Shown: piece after piece, positions 40,052 through 56,221 of the stretch
Layout of the letters: each line of letters starts with the position of its first letter
Numbering within the stretch: the first letter of the stretch is position 1
NCBI RefSeq assembly: GCF_009914755.1
Contig: NC_060930.1
Origin: the human T2T-CHM13v2.0 reference genome, Homo sapiens
Direction: 5' to 3' (one strand)
Length of the DNA: 64,000 nucleotides
Program-made: the position numbers and the translations under genes
The notes under the pieces: generated by a model
Told to the model about the DNA's origin: nothing
What the model saw: the letters and a program-made list of their open reading frames with translations, nothing else
Databases searched by the model: none

Positions 40052-40293
40052 AAGGTTGAATCAGTGCATCTAAGCTTTAGTTTTGTCACTTCTAAAGCTA
40101 TGAAGCATTATTTCTCTTTTATTACTTATTTAAATTCTGTTTTCTCTTTTACTCTCAATTTTCTCTTCTTGTAGTAATGGCATGTACTAATATGATTAGA
40201 TAGTATTTTAGAGGAGCTAGCATTTTATTGAATATGTAGCCATATATAAATTTGTTTTAGCATTCAATAATGAAATCATCTGTGCCTAGACTT

Positions 40294-40617
<324 letters not shown>

Positions 40618-40619
40618 GA

Positions 40620-43761
<3,142 letters not shown>

Positions 43762-44173
43762 TTTCATGCGCGTCTGTGTGAAGAGACCACCAAACAGGCT
43801 TTGTGTGAGCAATAAAGCTGTTTATTTCACCTGGGGGCAGGTGGGCTGAGTCCGAAAAGAGGCAGCAAAGGGAGATAGGGGTGGGGCCGTTTTATAAGAT
43901 TTGGGTAGGTAAAGGAAAATTACAGTCAAAGGGGGTTTGTTTTCTGGTGTGCAGGAGTGGGGGTCACAGTGTACTCAGTGGGGGAGCTTTTGAGCCGGGA
44001 TGAGCCAGGAGAAGGAATTTCACAAGATAATATCATCAGTTAAGGCAGGAACAGGCCATTTTCACTTCTTTTGTGGTGGAATGCCATCAATTAAGGCAGG
44101 AAGCGGCCATCTGGATGTGTACATGCAGGTCACAGGGGATATGATGGCTTAGCTTGGGCTCAGAGGCCTGACA
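43762..44173 (-). promoter_or_regulatory. HERV-H 3' LTR7 (412 bp)
   Basis: LTR7 consensus; minus-strand TATAAAA and AATAAA; preceded by PPT AAGAAGACAGGAA (44174-44186). Confidence 0.95.
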
Positions 44174-44761
44174 TTCCTGTCTTCTTATATTAATAAGAAA
44201 AATAAAACAAAATAGTGGTAAAGTGTTGGGACGGTGAAAATTTTGGGGGATGGTGTGGAGAGATAATGGGCGACGTTTCTCAGGGCTGCTTCGAGCGGGA
44301 TTAGGGGTGGCGTGGGAACCTAGAGTGGGAGAGATTAAGCTGAAGGAAGATTTTGTGGTAAGGGGTGACATTGTGGGGTTGTTAGAAGAAACATTTGTCA
44401 TTTAGAATTATTGGTGATGGCCTGGATACAGTTTTGTATGAATTGAAAAACTAAATGGAATAAGAGAAGGAGAAAAACAGGTATAAAAGGTCTAAGAATT
44501 GGGACGACACAGGACATCTGATTAGAGAGTGCCTAAGGAGATTCAGCATAGTCTTGCCAGCAAAGATTATTTATTTACTTCAAGAGTTAAGAGTGGCAGT
44601 TTGGAGATAGCACCAGGAGATATCAGCTGTGATGGCTTGGAGAAACAGTGTAAACCGGCAGTGTAAACAAGAGCAGGGCATGTATGAGTAGTTGAGAATG
44701 GTGAATAGAAGTATGACTAGACAGAAGACAGTAGGGATGACAAGTTTTTCTGGGGCACAGT

Positions 44762-44983
44762 CTAAGTTGGTCTGGTGTCTGGAATGAGACTGGGGCCTAA
44801 TAAAAAGGAGCATCTATACAGGAGCTTAAATGGGCTGTACTTTGTAGCATTCTGAGGACAGGTCTGACTTCTGAGAAGGGAAAGTGGTAAAAGTGTTGTC
44901 CAGTCCTTTTTAAGTTGGTGGCTGAGCTTGGTGAGGTGTGTTTTTAAAAGACCTTTAGTCTGTTCTACTTTTCCTGAAGACAT
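44762..44983 (-). pseudogene. pol: HERV-H pol integrase fragment
   Basis: SSGKVEQTKGLLKTHLTKL...W..LLPLSLLR..P resembles retroviral integrase core C-terminal part. Confidence 0.85.
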
Positions 44984-46199
44984 AGGACTGTAAGGGATAT
45001 AAAGGTTTCACTGAATACTAAGAGCCTGAAAAACTGCTTGCCTGATTTGACTAATAAAGGCTGGTTATCAGACTGTATAGAGGTGGGGAGGCTAAACTGA
45101 GGAATTATGTCCACAGAAGGGAAGAAATGACAAGGCTAAACTGAGGAATTATGTCTGACAGAATGGAAGAAATGACTGTGGTGGCCTTCTCAGACCCTGT
45201 AGGAAAGGCCTGTACCTATCTAGTGAAAGTGTCTACCTAGACTAAGAGGTATTTTAGTTATCTGACTAGGGGCATGTTGAGTAAAGCTAATTTGCCAGTC
45301 CTGGGTGGGGGCAAATCCTTGAGCTTGATGTGTAGGGAAGGGAGGGGCCCTGAATAATCCCTGAGGAGTAGTAGAGTAGCAGATGGAACACTGAGAAGTT
45401 ATTTCTTTGAGGATAGATTTCCACGATGGAAAGGAAATGAGAGGTTCTAAGAGGCGGGCTAGTGGCTTGTACTATAGCATAGCCTGCCTTTGCTGGTGTG
45501 TGGCGATTAGGCATGGTGGAACTGCCATCAATAAATCAAGTGTGATCAGGGTGAGAAACAGCGAAGAAGGAAATGTGGGGAAATGGGATGAACATCAGGT
45601 GGATCAGAGAGATGCAGTCATGAGGGTCGGGTGTGGTATCTGGAATAATGTGGGAGGCGGGATTGAAGTCCGGGCCAGGAACAAGGGTAATTGTGGGACT
45701 TAATAAAGAGTGAGTACAGCTGAAGGAGCCGGGGAGCAGAAAGTACATGCGTCAGGTGTGAGGAAGAAAATAGATTTTGGAAATTATGAGAGCTGTAGGG
45801 AGTGAGTTGAGCATAGTTTGTGATTTTTAGGGCCTCTAAAAGTATTAAAGCAGTGGCAGCCGCTGCACGCAGACATGAGGGCTAGGCTAAAACAGTAAGG
45901 TCAAGTTGTTTGGACAGAAAGGCTACAGGGTGCGGTCCTGGCTGTTGTGTAAGAATTCTGACCGCACTAACTATGCCTAGGAAGGAAAGCAGTTGTTGTT
46001 TTGTAAGGGATTGAGGTTTGGGAGATTAATGGGACACGATCAGCAGGGAGAGCACGTGTGTTTTTATGAGAATTATGCTGAGATAGGTAACAGATGAGGA
46101 TGAAATTTGGGCTTGACTGAAGTAATGGGGTCTGTCTGCGAAGCCTTGCAGCAGTACAGCCCAGGTAATTTGCTGAGCCTAATGGGTGTGAGGGTCAGC

Positions 46200-46970
46200 C
46201 TAAGTGAAAGCGAAGAGAGTCTGGGATGAAGGGTGCAAAGGAATAGTAAAGAAAGCATGTTTGAGATCCAGAACAGAATAATGGGTTGTAGAGGGAGGTA
46301 TTGAGGATAGGAGAGTATATGGGTTTGGCACCACGGGGTGGATAGGCAAAACAATTTGGTTGATAAGGTGCAGATGCTGAACTAACCTGTAAGTCTTGTC
46401 TGGTTTTAGGACGGGTAAAATGGGGGAATTGTAAGGAGAGTTTATAGGCTTTAAAAGCCCATGCTGTAGCAGGCGAGTGATAACAGGCTTTAATCCTTTT
46501 AAAGCGTGTTGTGGGATGGGATATTGGCGTTGAGCAGGGTAACGGTGATTAGGTTTTAATGGGATGGTAATGGGCATGTGATCAGTTGCCAGGGTAGGAG
46601 TAGAGATGTCCCATACTTGTGGGTTAAGGTGGGGGGATATGAGAGGAAGACGCAAAGGAGGCTTTGGGTTGGGGAGAAGGGCAGCAATGAGATGTGGCTG
46701 TAGTCCAGGAATAGTCAGGGAAGCAGATAATTTGGTTAAAATATCTCGGCCTAATAAGGGAACTGGGCAGGTGGGGATAACTAAAAAAGAGTGCATAAAA
46801 GAGTATTGTCTAAGTTGGCACCAGAGTTGGGGAGTTTTAAGAGGTTTAGAAGCCTGGCTGTCAATACCCACAACAGTTATGGAGGCAAGGGAAACAGGCC
46901 CTTGAAAAGAAGGTAATGTGGAGTGGGTAGCCTCCATATTGATTAAGAAGGGGACAGACTTACCCTCCAC
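46200..46970 (-). pseudogene. pol: HERV-H pro-pol fragment (protease plus RT N-terminus), catalytically degenerate
   Basis: FLINMEATHS (degenerate DTG motif), PLLGRDIL, QYPI, SPYNSPILPV, YRLVQ, LDLKHAFF. Confidence 0.92.
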
Positions 46971-47029
46971 TGTGAGTTACCTAGAGCGTCTGTGATGGTC
47001 CTGTAGGCTTCTGAGGCAATCGGGCAGTG

Positions 47030-47380
47030 TCAGTCTTCAGCCGCTAAGCCGAGAAGATCTGGGAAGGAGTCAGTCAGAGAGCCTTGGGCCAGAGTTCCAG
47101 GGGCTCTGGGAGTGGCTGCCAGGTGAGTTGGACAGTCTGATTTCCAGTGGGTTCCTGCACAGATGGGACGCGGCTTAGGAGGAATCCTGGGCTGCAGGCA
47201 TTCCTTGGCCTGGTGGCCAGATTTCTGGCACCTGTAGCAAGCTCCTGGAGGAGGAGGTTCTGGAGGAACGCCTGGCCGCTGCGGTTCAGGCGTTTGGAAG
47301 TTCTTGTGTGCTGGAGATGTGGCTGGGGTTTGTCTCCCAGTGGAGGTAAGGAATTTTAACTTTTTTCTATTATTGTACAC
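47030..47380 (-). pseudogene. gag: HERV-H gag C-terminal nucleocapsid fragment
   Basis: CYRCQKSGHQAKEC CCHC knuckle plus second knuckle RPICAGTHWKSDC (first Cys lost). Confidence 0.92.
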
Positions 47381-49253
47381 CTTGAAGGCGAGGTTAATTA
47401 AATCCTGTTGTGGGGTTTGAGGGCCGGAATTTAATTTTTGGAGTTTTATTTAATGTCGGGAGCAGATTGGGTAATAAAATGTATTTTGAGAATAAGACGG
47501 CCTTTTGACCTTTTAGGGTCTAGGGCTGTAAAGTGTCTCAGGGTTGCTGCCAGAGGAGTCATAAACTGGGCTGGATTTTTATATTTGATGAAAAAGAGCC
47601 TAAACGCTATCTGATTTGGGATAAAGAAAAAGGAACATTAACCTTGACTATGCCTTTAGCTCCAGCCACCTGTTTAAGAGGAAATTGCTGGGCAGGTGGG
47701 GGAGGGCTAGTCAGTGAATGAAACTGTAAGCTGGACCGGGTGTGAGGAGGGGAGGTGATAAAAGGATTATAGGGTGGAAGAGCGGAGGCTGAGGAAGAAC
47801 TGGGACCTAGCTCGGCCAGGCGAGGAGCAGCCTGGGGAGGAGGGGAGAGGTCAGATGGGTCTGTAGAAAAGGAAGATTAGAAAGACTCAGCGATGCTTGG
47901 GGTTGGGACTGAGGGGACAGGTGGGAGGGAAAGAAGGAAGATTTGGGACGAGTTGCACTGGGCACAGAGACTAGGAAGGGACCGATGTGTAAAAGAATGC
48001 CTGCACATCAGGCACCTCAGACCATTTGCCTATTTTACCACAAGAATTATTTAGATCTTGCAGGATGGAAAAATTGAAAGTGCCATTTTCTGTCTATTTG
48101 GAACTACTGTCGAGTTTATATTGGGGTCAAGCGGCATTGCAGAAGAAAATAAGACGCTTAGATTTTAGGTCAGGTGAGAGTTGAAGAGGTTTTAAGTTCT
48201 TAAGAACACAGGCTAAAGGAGAAGAAGGAGGAATGGAGGGTGGAAGGTTGCCCATAGTGAAGGAGGCAAGCCCAGAGAAAAGAGAGAGTAGAGACATGGA
48301 GGGAAGGGATTTGGGGGTTCTTACCCTCCAGAAAAGCGGGAAAGGGGTCGGGGCACAGAGATACGAGGTTGGGGCGTGGAAATAAGGGATTGGGATGCAG
48401 AGATATAAGAGGTTGGGGTGCGGCAATAAGGGATCGGGGCACAGAGATATAAGAGGTTGGGGCGCAGAAATAAGGGATTGGGGCACAGAGATAAGAGGTC
48501 GGGGCTTGGAAATAAGGGATTGGGGTACAGAGATACGAGGTTAGGGTACTTGCCTCTCCCCCAGAAAAGCAGGACTTGCCACTAAGGATGAAGGAGAAGG
48601 GGTTGGGGGTTTCTTGTCCTCCAGAAAGGTGGAGAAGGGGTAGAGACATGGAGAGAAGGGGTTGGGGTACTTGCCCCTTCCCCAGAAAAGCGGGACTTGC
48701 CGCTAAGGGTGAAGGAGAAGGGGTTGGGGGTTTCTTGTCCCCCAGAAAGGCGGAGAAGGGGTAGAGACACGGAGAGAAGGGGTTGGGGTACTTGGCCCTT
48801 TCCCAGAAAAGTGGGACTTGCCGCTAAGGGTGAAGGACCAAGGCAGGCGTCCCTGCATGGTCTGACACCTCTGAAACCTGGGTGACTAATCAGAGAGGCG
48901 CCCGTGCAACGATTAAACACCAAGGGAAGGCTGCCTTTCCTAGGCCATGACTGGCGCTGGAATTTTGGGTCCACAGATAAAACGTGTCTCCTTTGTCTCT
49001 ACCAGAAAAAGAAAGGAATTGAAATTAAATAAGGGAGAGATTGAAGTGTGGCGCTAAGATTGAAAGGAGAAAGAGGTTGAGGGATAGTGAGGGAGGTTGG
49101 AGAAGAGAGTAAAAAGAGGCCGCTTACTGGATTGGAAATTGGTGAGATGTTTCCTGGGCTGGTCAGTCTGAGGACCTGAGGTCATAGGTGGATCTTTCTC
49201 ATGGAGCAAAGAGCAGGAGAACAGGGGATTTATCTCCCAAGGGAGGTCCCCCG

Positions 49254-49271
49254 ATCCGAGTCACGGCATCA
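49254..49271 (-). promoter_or_regulatory. tRNA-His primer binding site
   Basis: minus strand TGATGCCGTGACTCGGAT, one mismatch to TGGTGCCGTGACTCGGAT, 2 nt from the 5' LTR. Confidence 0.93.
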
Positions 49272-49273
49272 AA

Positions 49274-49636
49274 TTTCATGCGTGTCCCTGTGAAGAGACC
49301 ACCAAACAGGCTTTGTGTGAGCAATAAAGCTGTTTATTTCACCTGGGGGCAGGTGGGCTGAGTCCAAAAAGAGAGTCAGCAAAGGGAGATAGGGGTGGGG
49401 CCATTTTATAAGATTTGGGTAGGTAAAGGAAAATTACAGTCAAAGGGGGTTTGTTCTCTGGCGGGCAGGAGTGGGGGTCACAAGGTACTCAATAGGGGAG
49501 CTTTTGAGCCAGGATGAGCCAGGAGAAGGAATTTCACAAGACAATGTCATCAATTAAGGCAGGAAGCGGCCATCTGGATGTGTACATGCAGGTCACAGGG
49601 GATATGATGGCTTAGCTTGGGCTCGGAGGCCTGACA
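49274..49636 (-). promoter_or_regulatory. HERV-H 5' LTR7 (363 bp, internal 51-bp deletion)
   Basis: LTR7 consensus adjacent to the PBS; minus-strand TATA at 49404-49410. Confidence 0.95.
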
Positions 49637-50595
49637 AAAAGAATGTTAGGTTTTGTTAAATTTTTATGTGTCCATTGAGATTATTTTATTTTTTATTCCA
49701 TTAATCTGATGTATTACATAGATTGATTTTTGTATGTTGAATTGCTCTTTCAATTTTCCATAAATCCCACTTGGTCATGCTGTGTAATTTTTTTGGTAAG
49801 CGGCTGAATTCAGTTTTCTAGTAATTTGATGAAGATTTCTGTATTTATGTTTATAAATAATAATGGTCTATAATTTTCTTTTCTTGTGATGTTTTGTTAT
49901 CAAGTAATACTGGTCTCAAAGAATGAGTCAAAAAGTATTCTTTACTCTTAGATTGATGTTAATCCTTCTTCAAGTAAGTGATATAACTCACAGTAAAATC
50001 ATGTGGCCTTGGGTTTTTATTTGTGGGAAGTTTTATTGAATACTTAATCTCTATATTTATATGGAATATATCCATATAAATTAGCACTTCCTCTCTTTCT
50101 GGTGCCACAAATTGTTCCAACTCACTTTACAAGGGATTGCATTGAATCTGTAGATCAACTTGGAGTGTATTGACTTCTTAACAATGTTAAGTCTTCTGAT
50201 CGTCAAACAAGGAGCCTTTGCATATATTTAGATATTCTTTAATTTCTGTCTTTATATGGAATATATTCGTGTAATGTAGATTAAGTATTCAATAAAATAT
50301 TCTTAATCTCTCTCTATGTATGGATATATTCAGGTTTTCTATTTCTTCTTCAATTTTGGTAGTTTATATCATCCTTATCTGTGTTGTGTGATTTGTTGAT
50401 ATACATGTATTTAGAGTATTCCTTGATGATTTTTTTCATTTCTATATGGACAAGAGTAATTTTCATTTTTCATTCCTGATTTTAGTAATTTGAGTCTTTT
50501 CTTTTTTCTTGGTCACAGTTGCTAAAAACTTGTCAATTTGCTTGATAGTTAAAATATTTGGTTGTGTTTATTTTCTCTACTGTTTTCCTACACTG
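49637..50595 (-). mobile_element. Continuation of the L1M ORF2 split by HERV-H
   Basis: aatcataaaa | gaatgtt joins across the provirus; ataaatcccacttggtcatg motif. Confidence 0.85.
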
Positions 50596-50599
50596 TAGA

Positions 50600-50888
50600 C
50601 ATGATGACATCTATAATCAGTTCATTTTAGTAGAGGAAGTAATTCTCAATAAGGTTGCTGGGCCTCAACCAGTCAGTTGGAGGCCCTGAGAGCAAAATCT
50701 GAGGTTTATCTGAGAAGAAATTCTGCCTACAAACTTTCCAAGCTATGACCCTAAACTGCAGATTTCAGATTTGCTGGTCCTCATAATCGTGTAAGCCAAC
50801 ACACACACATACACACACACACACACACACCCAGTAGGATTCTGTTGGTTCTATTTTTCTGCAGAATTCTGGCTGACACTGATATACA
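50600..50888 (+). mobile_element. MLT2 (MLT2D-like) LTR 3' part with (CA)n
   Basis: cagttggaggcc...gaagaaattctgcct...cataatcgtgtaagccaa...ttggttct...ttctgcagaa. Confidence 0.8.
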
Positions 50889-50889
50889 C

Positions 50890-53650
50890 CTCAAATATTC
50901 ACTCACTAGTTTTAGCATCCCTCAGGTTTCCTTAGCTGAAATCATTATTGCTATGATATTTGCTAAGTGGTACTTTTTCTAATTTTATCATTCTTATTGT
51001 ATTTATTGCTTGGTATTCTACTCTAGGGAAAACGTTTATCTTTTTTGCATTCATTTATTCATTTGTTTACTTTTGTCAATATGGATAATAATGGATTGTA
51101 AACTGTTACCATTATTATTCATTTTGATGCTCAAATTGTGCCAGAGCTTGCCACTGGGAATACTATTAAATTAGGCTTCAATGGGGCTTTAGAGATGCCC
51201 CATTATTTTTTGCCTACTTCCTTGCTTGCTTCCACAACAGAATACTTCCGGCTCACTTTGTATTTCCCCATCCCCTAGTCCTGAAATTTGCATTTCTAGG
51301 ATCCTGGTAACCTTTTGTTGAGAAGGGTTTTGGAAAACACAGAAGGGGTTGCTGGGAGTGCTCACAGATACTAAAGTATTGTTGTTCCCAGGCCCTTTCT
51401 GTGGACATAACTAAAGCTAGGGTGTGTGTGTGTGTGTGTGTGTGGTGTGATGGGGAGAAAGAGAGGAGAGAAAGAGACAGTAATTGTACACGTATATAAC
51501 TAAAACCAAAACTTCAATATATTTCCATATCCAATCTAATAATAAAAGCTCATTCTAGTTTTCTTCCCCTCCATATCTGTAACGTTTATTTCTAAAAACA
51601 ATAAACCTGGCTTCAGTCATTCCCAACGTATTTGCTTCTTGGATCAACCTCTTCTGTAAGTAATCAATCTCTCATCATTGCTGCTGCCTTCCATGCAGAC
51701 ACCTAGTTCTATTTCCGATTTCCTTTCTGATTGATATTTACTTAGTGCATGTTTTCCGATCCTTCTTTACATTTTTTTTCTTGTTTGAGGCAGTTCTTTT
51801 CTAACCAGAATATAGTGGATCTTTGTAAACCACTCTGTTTCTTTCTCATCTATTTTTTAATGAAGAGTCTATTGCAACACACTGAGATTACTGGGCCATT
51901 GGGAGGAACTATCTTATTTATATTTTGTTTATATCTTGGTTTTCATATTTTCTCTTTCTTTATAACTTTTGAAATAATTAGAGCTTTTTCCTCTTCATTT
52001 TTTCCCTCTATTTATTCAGAAGATATTCACCCCGCTGTCAATTCCTTTAGTAGATAATCTAATCATTTTTCCATTCTATTTTACTTATTAAATTCTAAAA
52101 TTAATCCATTTATTCATCCTTCTTTTAAACTCTGTAAGAACTCTCAATGTTTTACTTACAGTAACTGCCCATGCTTAATGATATTGCTGTCCATATTTTA
52201 CTTACATCATAGTTTAACCTTCATATTAAATATTATTGTTTATGTCAGTATTTATTTGTTCAGATTTACTCATATATTTATCATTTTCCTTCCTCTTATT
52301 CTAGTCACACTTTCATACCCTTGTTCTGTGACAATATTCCTTCTTCCCCTAAAGAGTTTCTCTAGCTGAGAGCAGGTGAAGAATAAACAATTTCAATTTT
52401 GCTTGACTGAAAATGTATCAATTTTATATTTTCCTTTGAAAATAGATTTACTGGACACAAAATTTGAGACTGACAGTATGCTCTTTCAGCACTTTGAGGG
52501 TGTCAGCCATCTGTCTTTGCCTTCTATTGTTGGTGCTGAGAACTCAACCATTAGTTTAATTTTGGCTTACTTTTTAGGCAATCTGATTTTCTCTTTGGCA
52601 GCTTTTATTATTTTGTGTTGTCTTCAATGTTCTGTAATTTCAGTGAGACATGTCTACATGAATATTTAATACATTCTGGCGGAGGCTCACTGGGTTTTTT
52701 AATGTGCACATTGATATTTTTCAACAAATCTGTAAAGTTTGAACCACATTTTCTAATTTGTTCTCTTTGCAATTCTATATTTCTTCCTGAAGTTCTGATA
52801 GAACATGTGCTGACCTTCTCAAACTATCCTACATATCTCTATTTTTCTTTAATATGTACTCCCTCTCTTCCAGGTGAGTAATTTCCTAACACTATCCATA
52901 TCATTTTTTGTATCTGTCACCAATGTTCTCTTCAGCTGTGTTTATTCTGGTGTACTGCCATTTCATTTTCATTGTAATTTTCATTTCTAGAATTTGTGTT
53001 TGACTCATATTTAAATTTATTTTCACACATTATACTCTCTTTTTTCTTTATCATATTTTAGTCAGTTTTATTTCTTTAGGTATCAAATATACTTAATTTA
53101 TACACTGCATTGATGCTTCTAACATTTATAGTCATTGTGTTTCTGTTATTCCTTTCCTGATATCTTAAAGTAATTATGGCCTCTTTCCATTTATATTTAG
53201 AGATTTGATATATGACACTTTTTTTTCCTTTAACATTGTTAGTCAAAAATGAATGTTAAGTGTGCTTCCTCTGAATGGGTCTCCTCTTTCTCTCTCTGTC
53301 CTCCTCTCATGTACACACTCTCCTTCGTTTATTATTTTTTTATTCTAGGAGCCAGGAGGCACTAACCAATCTAATATTGACATAAACTAAATGTTCAGCT
53401 TGGGTGTGAAGTCAGGATTTCTTCTATTTTATTCACTAAATATGCCATCTATCAGAGGTCCTTACTTGAAGGAAGGTTTTGTCAGTGAAATTTCTCACCC
53501 TACTCTGGGACTTGGATCTGCCTCCTGTCTCCCATATACAGCTTCATAAATGTGTTCTAAGCCACCAGAAATTGGCATATACTCCTGAGGAAAATACTGG
53601 CTTCAGTCTTTGATCGCCCTGATTTATTTTTGTTTCTGGCCAGGATGTTA
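50890..53650 (-). mobile_element. Old L1MC/L1M fragments
   Basis: ttattcattttgatgctcaaattgtgccag 3' UTR motif and antisense ORF1-like T-rich sequence; limits approximate. Confidence 0.6.
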
Positions 53651-54246
53651 TGTAAGAATCTTCACATCTTTACTTTAAATTTTAACTCACTAGAAATGAG
53701 TTTAATCTACTCTTATTCGACATTTAACACGGTCTTGAGATGTATGGACTATAAATCATGTTTAGAAGAATATATTTAACAGAATAATTTTTATATTTTA
53801 TATAAATATTAATATACACACAACTATTGCAAAAGAAAATTATATTAACATTGCTAGTTACTAGATATTTTATAACGACTTTAAATGTTTTAAACACTGA
53901 CATGTGGAATGTGTATTTTAAATTATTTTACTGTACCCTTGGGCTTAGTGACATAGGGTATAACTAATAAACTGTACAAATATGAATATTTATACACACA
54001 CATAATCAACATATTTAAATATGGTGCTTGTCCTGATTGTTCAAACACCAAGTGAATTGAAATACCTTACCATCGTAAGAAACTTGCCTTTTTATGGAGA
54101 CTATAGCGAGAATTCATTATATTACTTGTGAAACACTCATGAGAAATCCTTTTTGTTAAGGGTTTCACATCCATTCTAGTTACACATTTACCATGTTCAA
54201 CCCAGAAACATTATTTCTTTGGAACAACATTCAAGAAGATGCCCCT

Positions 54247-54353
54247 TGAACCCAAGAGGCGGAGCTTGCAGTGAGCCGGGATAGCGCCACTGCAGTCCAG
54301 CTTGGGCGAAAGAGTGAGACTCCGTCTCAAAAAAAAAAAAAAAAAAAAAAAAA
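54247..54353 (+). mobile_element. Heavily 5'-truncated young AluY (Yh3-like diagnostics)
   Basis: gatagcgccactgcagtcc...gggcgaaagag; pure A27; perfect TSD AAGAAGATGCCCCT at 54233-54246 and 54354-54367. Confidence 0.93.
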
Positions 54354-54832
54354 AAGAAGATGCCCCTGGGAAATACAAAAGGCAAGTGATAAAGTTTAAA
54401 GGATTGCTTTAAAAAGTTGTAGAAGTAAAGGCTTTATTCAATTGCTGAGTGTGTTCAGTAGAAGCTCCATGCATTTTTTTTTTTAGTAGACACAGGTAGG
54501 ATTTGCTTGTATTTTGAGTGAAATCTAGAGACAATTTGAATATAGAGCAAAGGGAGAGAATACAGAAACCACACTCCACATATAGAATTGGTCTTAAGAG
54601 TTCCCTCTGAGAATTTCAGAGCATGCCAGAGTTGATAAATGCCTCCTAACTGCCACACACAGCCCAGAAATCATTAAATGTTAGTCTCAGCCATCACTCC
54701 CATCACCACACAATTTCAATCTAAGAGCAGAAAACATTAGGATTGTAAATGTTTATAACACAGAGAGAGGGAAAAAGGCATTTTGGTTCTTAGGAGAATG
54801 AGGACTAGTTTACTGATAAAAAGATCTTTTTA

Positions 54833-55159
<327 letters not shown>

Positions 55160-55244
55160 CTATGATTAAACCCAAGCTAGTATATTTTTTGAACTTACTT
55201 TATCCTTTATTTGATATAATATGAATTCTGCATTTTCACCCATA

Positions 55245-55648
55245 TTGAGACAGACAGGGTTTTTTACAATTTCTTTGGCTGCTCGGCTTTAGAACTGCCT
55301 TTGTGATTAAGGAATGGCATCTTAGGAAGTGAGCTTCACCTTCCCCTATAGAAACTGAGAATGCTCAAGTTTCCCTTTCTTAGGCTCTCTTGCACGTTAG
55401 GGAGGCTACGTGATCCAGGCTTCTCCAACTAACCAGGGCGGACATGCTGACCTCATCATTTGTTTGTGACCTGAACCACTGAGGAAGGAACCCATACTTA
55501 CTATGAGTGATGATGACAAATAGTGGTTACCTCCAGGTTCTAGAGGTAATAATAGGAATGGACCTACTGTGCTGTCCACCATTGGCAGCATGCGTTTTGG
55601 GAACACAAGTTTTCTGTCCTCAGTTGCAGTATCTATTCTGGCTTAATC

Positions 55649-55686
<38 letters not shown>

Positions 55687-56115
55687 TTTGAGACTGAGTC
55701 TCACTCTGTTTCCAAAGCTGGAGTGCAGTGGGTGTGATTTCGGCTCACTGCAACCTCTGCCTCCTGGGTTCAAGCAATTCTCGTGCCTCAGCCTCCCGAG
55801 TAGCTGGGACTACAGGCGTGCATACCACGCCCAGCTAATTTTCGGTATTCTCAGTAGAGATGAAGTTTTGCCCTGTTGGCTAGGCTGGTCTTGAACACCT
55901 GACCTCAGGTGATCTGCCCGTCTCAGCCTCCCAAAGTGCTGGGATTACAGGTGGCTTAATTTTGAGTATTATTTCTCTCCATGTAGCTTCCAAATCTTGT
56001 TTGCTATAATTCCCTTCAGTCTCTATAAATCATTCCATATTGTTTTAATACATTCCTCTTCATTTTAAATTATTAATATTTTATTTCTTTTGCCTTCAAT
56101 TAAGTATCTAAATAA
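55245..56115 (+). mobile_element. Old ERVL LTR (LTR33/LTR16-like), split by an Alu
   Basis: ctctcttgca...tagg...acgtgatccaggcttctccaa core resemblance. Confidence 0.45.
55648..55951 (-). mobile_element. AluSx/Sz with (TTGA)n tail
   Basis: antisense Alu; TSD TGGCTTAAT at 55639-55647 and 55952-55960. Confidence 0.95.
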
Positions 56116-56221
56116 AAAGTTAAAGGTTACATAGTTTACTTTGTTCTTCAGTATTTTCATTTAAGAAAATAAGTAATATCAACATTTTTAACTGTAAATA
56201 ATTTGAGAATGATTATAATTT

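Larger units (their letters stand above)
43762..49636 (-). mobile_element. HERV-H provirus, common deleted (RTVL-H2-like) form, two LTR7
   Basis: LTR7 termini TGTCAGGCC...CATGAAA on minus strand at both ends; PBS; PPT; gag/pro/pol relics; flanks aaaaa/aaaag. Confidence 0.98.

Noticed and set aside
48127-48974. 119-149 aa Pro/Leu-rich minus-strand ORFs
   Set aside because: HERV-H leader repeats with few stop codons; no gag homology visible in these frames.
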